This document shows positions 1 through 7,356 of a stretch of 11,633 bases of DNA, in pieces (the first letter of the stretch is position 1; each line of letters opens with the position of its first letter). The notes beneath the pieces were generated by a model that was not told the DNA's origin, did not search any database, and saw nothing but the letters and a program-made list of their open reading frames with translations. The DNA is from Perkinsela sp. CCAP 1560/9 (lineage: Eukaryota > Protista > Euglenozoa: Kinetoplastea), in the NCBI GenBank assembly GCA_965644495.1, contig CBFFSA010000091.1:1-11633 (forward strand). The letters are read 5' to 3'. Position numbers and translations under genes: made by a program.

Positions 1-1
1 T

Positions 2-2965
2 GAACAAGACGAAGATGGGATGGATGAAGGAGACGAAGAGAGAAAGAAAATTGGTAAAGGAGGACCAGGAAAGGGAAAGTTCAGGGGAAAAGGAAAAGGA
101 CGAAGGCGAGGAGAGAAGAATGATGATGAATCTCCAAAATCTGATATTGATGAGGAAGAAAAGGGCCAGGAAACTGATGAGGAATCCCAAAAAGAGGAGG
201 TTAACCAGAAAAAAGAAAAAGAGACTCTAAAGAAGAAAGGGCGAACAAAAGACCGCTTAAAATCTAGTTCTGATGATGAAGAAGATGTTGATGAGGATGA
301 AGAAAATATTGGAGACCAAGATATTGACGAAGGTGAGGATGATGAAGTTGAAGAGGAGGGTGACGATGAAGATGTTGTTGATGATGATTTAGATTCCGTT
401 GTTGATGGGGATGATGGGGATGATGGAGATGATGGAGATGATGGAGATGATGGGATGTTTGATGAAGAAGATAGTATCAAGAGAAGTGAAGAAAAAGATG
501 AAGATGAAGATATGAGTGATTTGAGTTATTCCAGAAATGGAGAAGATGAAAGTATTGATGAAGAGGGAGGTTCCTCTGTTGTTGAGAAGAATACGAACAA
601 AGAAAGTGAAGAGGGAGATTCTGATGACACTGACAAAGATTCCCGAAAAAAAAATGAAGTCAGTTTAGGAGACGATGATGGCTCAATTCGGCAAGGGAAT
701 GATGATGAGAATACTACTAAAGGAGTTCGTCGGCGGAACGGTGATAAAGGAACTCAGAGTGAGAGCAAAAAAGATGGTGGAGACCCACCATCTTCTCAAT
801 CACCACCAGAACAAGAAGGAGATGAATCATCCAAGTCTCCAAGCTCTGTTTCTTCTCCCCCTTCTCCAGTTCCTTCCCCATCAAGTTCCCCATCCCCATC
901 TCCTCCTTCTCCCTCTCCCTCTCCACCCTCCCCTTCCTCTTTCTTGGATCCTTCTTCCTCTTCTACTCCCACATCTTCCTCCTCCTCTCTTTTTCCATCA
1001 TCTACCACTTCTTCTCCTTCCTCTCCCTCTCCTAGTCCTTCTCCAAGTCCTTCTCCTTCATCTCCTTCGTCTCCCACTTCTCCCGCTCTTTCGAATGCCC
1101 AAGAAAAAGAAGGTGATGCCATCAAAGTTGACTCTTCTATTGGTAGTGGGAGAGGGAAGAGGAAAAGAGAAAATGTAGATGAGGAGGGAGGAAAAACAAT
1201 TCCTGAAACAAGAAAGGGTGGGAAGAGACCTCGAGTGGAGAGTGGAGAAATAGAGAAAAGGGAGTTACCTTCACGAAAACGGAAAGCTGATGACTCCAAG
1301 ACCTCGGTTCTTTTTTATTTTTTATTTTCATTGTTTTTCAAAGTTGCTCCCTGTTTTTTTTTTCTTTCTTCCTGTGGGAACTATTTTTTTTGTAAAACTG
1401 AAACCCACAAACAAAATAGGTCACAGGGGAAAGGGGAGTGGGATCACTTGCAGGTGAAGTGATGGACATACAAGATGTTATCCAGCATTGCATCGAAGAG
1501 AATGGGGGTTCTTGTTCACAATCCCAAATTGAGAAGACTGTTGCGACTAAGCTCCCTCATATTGACCCTGCAAATCTTCCCACGTTTTTTTTTTTTAATT
1601 AATTTATTCTTTTGTGAGATGTTTTTTTGTTAGATGTTTTTTTGTTGTGGGGGGGATCTTTCTCTCATTTTCTGAAAAAAGGTTGGTTGAGGAATGCCTC
1701 CTAGCTGTGGTCCCACCTGGAGGGCGCTTGTTTTTGAAAGAGAGCAGAAAAGATAACACTGAGACCTCAGATGGTGAAGAAGAAGAGACGCCAGTATTTT
1801 GGACAATTTCTCAGCGTTGTTTGAGAAAAGTTGAAAATCTTCGAAAATCGAAACGGGTTTTCTTTTTTCTTTTTTCTTTTCCACTTTTCTAAAACTGAGA
1901 TTTTCTTTTATTTTTTTTTTACCACAACAAGGGATCAAACAAAAAGAGACGCACGACAGAAACTTATGAAATGCGCCCTCAAAAACGAGAGAGGAAAGGT
2001 GGTCGAAGATCTGTCTCAGAAGTCAAAACAGACCAAGAAGATGTACAAATAGAAAGGAGAGAGAGGGGAAGGAGAGGAAGAAGACAAGAAGAAGGAAAGG
2101 GAGAAGGGAGAGGGGGGAAAGTTGATTCGCTCCAACAGAAAAGAGGCCTTGCAATATCTGATTTATTGGGAGGAAGCAGTGATGAACAATATGAGGTTGA
2201 GAGTGAAGCAGGAATAAGCCACTCGAGTGATGTCGATGATGAACTTGTTGAAGCTGAAGAAACAGACACAAAAGCTGAAAAAGAAGAAGTAAAAGAGGAG
2301 AAAGTAGAGGAAGAGACCCCTGCTCCCAGTAGCAGTACTAGCGGAACTTCAACCTCAAAAGTTGGAGGAAGGGGTTTTGGTGGGCGCTCTGCTGCAAAAA
2401 GAGGTGGGAATTCAGCAGCTTCTTCAACCTCTTCCTCTAAGACTTCTGAGGATGCTCCTTTGATTGTTAGTGACTCGATTGTTCCTTTTTTAACTGATTT
2501 ACAAGCGATTGTTGCTCGTATTTTGGAGAGTTATGGTGGTGAGTGTCATCTTAGTCATTTAAAAGATGAAATTAAAAAGGTTTGTCTTTTTTTTTGTCAT
2601 TCCATGAGAGAATCTTCGATTAATTGAAGTCAATTAGTATGACAAACCAGATGGAACCAAATATACATTACGAGACGTCCGTGCCACTCTCCAATCTTCT
2701 CCAATCTTTCAAAGAAATGAAGTGGATTTTCAAATTTGGAGAATTGCTGATGACTTAGTTCTTTTTCTTTCCTTTCCTGTCTTTATCATCGAAATTTTGA
2801 TGATATTGGACACCGTACATGTAGTTGGAAATCGAAACTAACTTTTTTCTTCTTCTACAGGAAAGGAGACTCCAGTGCGAACCTGGTCCCCCTATGACAA
2901 GGAGGAAAAGAAATGTGTCTGGGTCATCTACGGGAGCAGATCCTCGATCCAAACGTCGCCGTTAA
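2..2965 (+). CDS. 5'-partial, intron-containing gene for an acidic, Ser/Pro-rich putative nuclear (chromatin-associated) protein with two winged-helix-like repeats. Exons <2..1306, 1420..1583, 1682..1856, 1932..2579, 2638..2757, 2861..2965
   Basis: The frame is open from the window edge (GAA CAA GAC...). Five GT..AG introns (1307-1419, 1584-1681, 1857-1931, 2580-2637, 2758-2860) join the ORF fragments in phase: 2517 nt = 839 codons, ending TAA 2963-2965. It has Asp/Glu tracts, several basic NLS-like motifs (KRKRE, SRKRK, KKRR, C-terminal SKRRR) and two globular segments with a shared D[IL]Q...E..GG.C..S.[IL]...F...W.I pattern. Function is inferred. Confidence 0.8.
404..454 (+). repeat. 9-bp coding tandem repeat (GATGGRGAT) x~5.7 encoding (DGD)n
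   Basis: Directly visible: gatggggat gatggggat gatggagat gatggagat gatggagat gatggg. Confidence 0.9.
785..1090 (+). repeat. Pyrimidine-rich low-complexity coding tract encoding a Ser/Pro-rich (SP)n linker
   Basis: Dominated by TCT/CCT/TCC/CCC codons; translates to PPSSQSPP...SPSPSPPSPSPSPPSPSS...SPSPSPSPSPSSPSSPTSP. Confidence 0.85.
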
Positions 2966-3021
2966 ATCTTTCATAAAAATGTTGTTAATGAAAAATTCAA
3001 TTAATTTTCATTTTAATAACA

Positions 3022-3027
3022 TTTATT
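3022..3027 (-). terminator. Candidate polyadenylation signal AATAAA for the RhoGEF gene
   Basis: TTTATT on the + strand, just downstream of the - strand stop codon in the 69-bp convergent spacer. Confidence 0.35.
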
Positions 3028-3034
3028 TTCCTAT

Positions 3035-6000
3035 TCAGTTATGAGCCGGTGTACTAATCGAAAACTCATCTTTCTTCTTTTTTACACCAAAGCCCAGTTT
3101 CCTGCTAAAGGATTTCTCTTTTCTTGCCGCTTTCTTATCTTTCTTATCTTTTTCTGCTTGGGTTTGTTGTGGTTCAATCACATAGGTGACACCTTGGAGA
3201 GACTCGTCTTGTAGATCCAAGTTATTCCAACGTTTTTTGTTAATGGTTAATTCCATTCTATCATCTTTGAACGCAAGTGCTGGAGTCGTATCGACTTGTC
3301 TATGGATTGGAACAGATTTAGTTTAAAAAAAAAGAGAAGAAAACATTCAATGAATAGAAAAGAGAGAGAGATAACTGCTTATGCGACATTTCAACTAAAA
3401 CCTTCCTCTCAAGTTCCTGAAGAAAAAGAATCAAATCAGAAAATTCAGACAAAATCAATTTTGACACATTGAGCATCAACAAAAGGAAAAGATAGACAAA
3501 ACAAAGATGAATTAGGAACCTCTTCGGTGAGGGGACCTTTTGTGTAGTGTTTCATATTTCCATCTTGGTATATCTTATCAAATCTGCCTGCCTGTTGAAA
3601 ACCAAAAAAGTGAGAAAACAAAAGAACAAAAAAAAGGAAAGGAAGGAAGGGGGAGCGCAAACCCAATCTTTGGCATCTTTTTCAGTAGTAAACTCAAAAA
3701 AGTAATAACGAAGTTCCTCCAAACTGGAAATCTTTAATACACTTTTTTGAGGCTCTTCGTCTTCTTCCACTGACGGGGAAGCCGATGGATCTCTTTTCTT
3801 CTATACAAGAAAAATCAGAATAATCCTCATAAAAACAGATTCATCAAAAAAAAAAGTAATAAAAACCAAAAAAAAACCTGAGGATTTTCAGCCATCAAAA
3901 GATCATAATGGATGCTATCATCAACGAGGCTGAGAGCATGTTTCAAAATGAGCTTATCTTTTTGCTACAAAGAAAATCAGTCAAAAAGAAAAAGCAGAGA
4001 GAGTGGTGGACAACAAGGACAGGAAAAACAGAACAACTTTTCAACAATTTGATCAAACGAAAACTGATTATCAATCAAACCATTTTGTTCTTCTGAGTGA
4101 CAAGAATATGATCGTTAACAAGATAAATCTGTCGGCGATGAGTGGTTCCATAGACAAAGAAAACACTGTCTGTAAGATATTCTCTCGCTCCCAGGAGTTG
4201 GATATCTCCAAGCCCTTCAATGGTATCTTCCATTGTCTAATTTATTTTTTTTAGAGAGAGAAGAGAGGAGAAGATGAAAATATTTCAAAGACAAGACAAG
4301 GAAGAAAGATTTTTAAAGGTAGAGGAAATGGAAAGAGAAAGAGAAAGTGACCTGAAGTTTTAGGTCTAACTCTGACTGTTTTCGAGCTTCGTTGACACGG
4401 CCTGTAACCACATCCATCGCAATCTTTTTTGAAATGTCTTAGAATGAAAGAAGAGAAAGAAAGAAGAGGAAAGAGGAAAGAAACCTGGACTGTCTTAGCA
4501 GTCACAGCTTGTGGGTGATCATCAGTTAAATGATGAAGCAATTCGCGGAATAAGAGGGGATATTTACAGATCCTTTGAATTGGCTTAATCAAGTAATCAG
4601 ATAATGAGAGTCCTTTGTTTGCTGGGTTCTGTCTGGATCGATTGCAAAACGCCACAAACTCTTTGGAGAGTTTTGGTGATTCAAGAACAGCGATGGCTTT
4701 TGTATAAGCACTTGCAAAGAAACCATATTCTTTGATTAGTCTTGGGCACGATTTTTGATAAGACGCCACGACCGTCTTTTGAGTTTAAAAAAAAAAAAAG
4801 GAAAAAAAAATAAATTAAAATCATGTTCAGAAAAGAGGAAGAAAGATAAGAAGAAAAAAAGTCATACCTCCAAAGAAGGATCGTCACCAAAATCCGCAAC
4901 AAGTTCGGTATGAAGTTCCATGAGTGTCACCACATTCATAAAAACTGAATCAGCTTGATCTTTTGGGAGAAAACTGTTGGAAAGACATGGGGTTTGATAA
5001 TGTGTGACAAGAAGCGCCATATCTAACACATATGCTCTTTCGGTCCTGGTTTCGATGAAATCGTTATTTATTGAAAAAAAAAAGATAAAACAGAGGAGGA
5101 GGAAGAAATAAAAAGGAAAAGAAAAAGAAAAAGAAAAAACAAACGTGACAAGTTCATCCAAAGCAAGCTGAGCCATTTTCATGTCACCTCGATCCATACC
5201 ACCACCCAATCGAACCCTACCGGGAGTGCCATGTTGACCACCAACTTTTAGGGCTTCAAGCGCATCAATTTTTCTCTCCTTCTTTTGTTCAGGTGTATTT
5301 ACACCCCCTGTGGCACCGTCTGGCGTTTCTTCTTTGCGGAAAGAGCTTGGAGAAGAGATTACAAATTCATTCATTGCTGATTTCCTAGCTTTTCGCTTAC
5401 TGACAGTCAAAAACCCCTTTTCTTTCTCTTTGAGGGAAGTTTTCTCCATGACACTACTTCTATTCTGGTATGTTGAACCATATCGACTTGAGTAGGATTG
5501 CCTAAAAAGAGGAACATGTCAAAATGGCATGATGGAGGGGTCGCTTGCTTCAGCGCAGAAAAGATTGATGAAAGGGGAAAAAAGATCCTTTCTTTTTTTT
5601 TTGTTTGAAAAAAAGGAGATAACAAACCTATTTTGAGCAAACTTGCGGACGTTGCCAGGAGAATCTTGAGCATTTTCCTCACCTTCAGCTCTGGATAGAG
5701 TAATGTCTAAAGCAGACTTCATCATATTCGTGTTAAAATTGAGACCTCGAGCTTCCTCGATATCAGCGTCATCTTCAATAAAATCTATTGCTGATTCAGG
5801 CAGTAAACCCATTGCGCTCTGTATTCTTGGAGTGACTGCGTGGGAATGAGCTGATGCAGTTGCAGGAGAGTGCAAAGAAGTGGCTGAAGGGGAGTGAGTT
5901 GGGGGGCGGGGAGCAGGAGCACGGTTTCTTGCACAAACTGTGTCTGTCTTTTTAAAATTTGAGGGGCCTCGTGGTGAAGAGGAGGACTGATCTTGTGGTG

Positions 6001-7063
6001 GTGAATAAACAGAAGCGCTTCGGGGTGAAGATGTAGTAACAGAAGATCCTCGGGGTGAAGATACAGTAACAGAAGATCCTTGGGGCGAAGATCCTTGGGG
6101 TAAAGTTGAATAAACAGAAGAGCTTCGGGGTGAAGATGAAGGAACAGAAGAGCCTCGGGGTGAAGATGTAGTAACAGAAGATCCTCGGGGCGAAGATCCT
6201 TGGGGTAAAGATGTAGTAACAGCAGAAGATCCTTGGGGTAAAGTTGAATAAACACTTCGGGGTGAAGATGTAGTAACAGAAGAGCTTTGGGGAGAAGATG
6301 TAGTAACAGATTTTGGCAATTGAAGGGAGGGATTTGGAGATCCAGCTGGAGGGTTCAAGTGGTTGGTGGGTGATCCTACCGGCGATGCTGATGGGGTTGA
6401 AGATGGAGAAACAGCAGGAGAAGATTCTGGTTGCGAGTCAAGGGGTGCCGAAGATGTTTCAAGGGAAAGCTCCTGCTCGCCACTTAAATCCTGTTCTTTC
6501 GAATAGGATTGTGACAGTTGCTGGGATAAAACAGAACTTGGACGACCTGAAGGAATTGGAGGACCAACTGAAGAATTTGGACGAGCTGATGGTTTGGGAG
6601 GGCGATTGACCGGCTTTGGAGGAAGCTTTGAGGGAGATGCTGTGGGTCTTGAAGGAATAGCAACTGGTTTTGAAGGAACTACTGGGATATTTGGAGCTGA
6701 GGAAGTTGTTACATCAACAACAGGTTTTGAAGGGGTTGTGGGGGTTGGAGCGGAGGGGACGGAGACCCGCCTTCCAGGTACTGACGGAACGTCAGCAGGG
6801 TTAAAGGACCGTCTCGCTCCCTCATTGTCACCTTGATGACTTGTTGGTGCTGGAGGAGATGGAGCTCCAGCTCCACCATTCATCTGAACTAAACCTGCCG
6901 CAGGCCCTGCTGCTCTCCCTCTTCCTCTTCCACCACGAGGAGGACCACCGCGAGGAGGACCACCACGAGGAGGACCACCACGAGGAGGACCACCACGAGG
7001 GTTAGGGAGGTTTCCTCTTCCAGGTTGCCCTGGTAATGGACGTGGAGGGACGTCCTGTTGCAT
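3035..7063 (-). CDS. Dbl-family Rho guanine-nucleotide exchange factor (DH-PH) with a long Pro/Ser-rich N-terminus, ~1030 aa. Exons 7063..5628, 5501..5145, 5045..4868, 4775..4485, 4423..4352, 4236..4081, 3964..3878, 3800..3663, 3591..3520, 3416..3376, 3299..3035
   Basis: Ten GT..AG introns give an uninterrupted 3093-nt CDS (ATG 7063, TGA 3037-3035). Splicing rebuilds the DH hallmarks ALDELVTTERAYVLDM, LSLSDYLIKPIQRICKYPLLFRELL and the terminal VNE. PH-like features follow: RQIYLVNDHILVT and YFFEFTTEKDAKDW. Confidence 0.92.
5998..6310 (-). repeat. Coding minisatellite built from 15/30-bp modules encoding VTTSSPRGSS / VYSTLPQGSS / PRGSS
   Basis: Recurrent cggggtgaagatgtagtaacagaagatcct and ccttggggtaaagttgaataaac blocks on the + strand. 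Confidence 0.9.
6930..7000 (-). repeat. 15-bp tandem repeat x~4.7 encoding (PPRGG)n
   Basis: ccaccacgaggagga at 6930, 6945 (one substitution), 6960, 6975 and partial at 6990. Confidence 0.95.
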
Positions 7064-7356
7064 GACAGACAAGTGGTCAAAATCAAAATGAAAAGGAGCC
7101 GCTTAAGCAAGGGAAACCGGACCAAAGAGTAATCGTTCACGTGAACACGTGGCATCAAATGATTGGTCAGAATGAAAAGATTTTGAGAAAGAGCCCTATT
7201 TTCGAACGACCAATTTTTGAAAAACAGAGGAGAAATCCGACCTTTTTTTGATTTTTTTTCCTCCTTTTTTCTGATCGAAAATCGGAAAAGACTTTTCCTT
7301 TTTCTTTTTTGAATTTTTTTTTTTTGGTTTGACAAAAAAGGGAGAACTGCAAGCGG
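7064..7356. promoter_or_regulatory. Putative bidirectional promoter between the RhoGEF and amidohydrolase genes, with tandem CACGTG boxes and inverted CCAAT boxes
   Basis: 293-bp head-to-head spacer. It contains palindrome GTTCACGTGAAC (7135-7146), a second CACGTG (7146-7151), ATTGGTC (7162-7168) and its reverse complement GACCAAT (7208-7214). Confidence 0.55.

Noticed and set aside
675-1299. Overlapping ORFs 675..1178(+), 717..926(-) and 796..1299(-)
   Set aside because: These are shadow frames of the stop-poor Ser/Pro low-complexity exon of gene 1, with no independent coding signal.
5785-6255. 156-aa alternative-frame ORF with LLLLHLHPE repeats
   Set aside because: It is an off-frame reading of the RhoGEF minisatellite.
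5998-6310. ~30-bp repeats superficially resembling a CRISPR array
   Set aside because: The units are tandem with no unique spacers, lie in frame inside a eukaryotic exon, and there are no cas genes.
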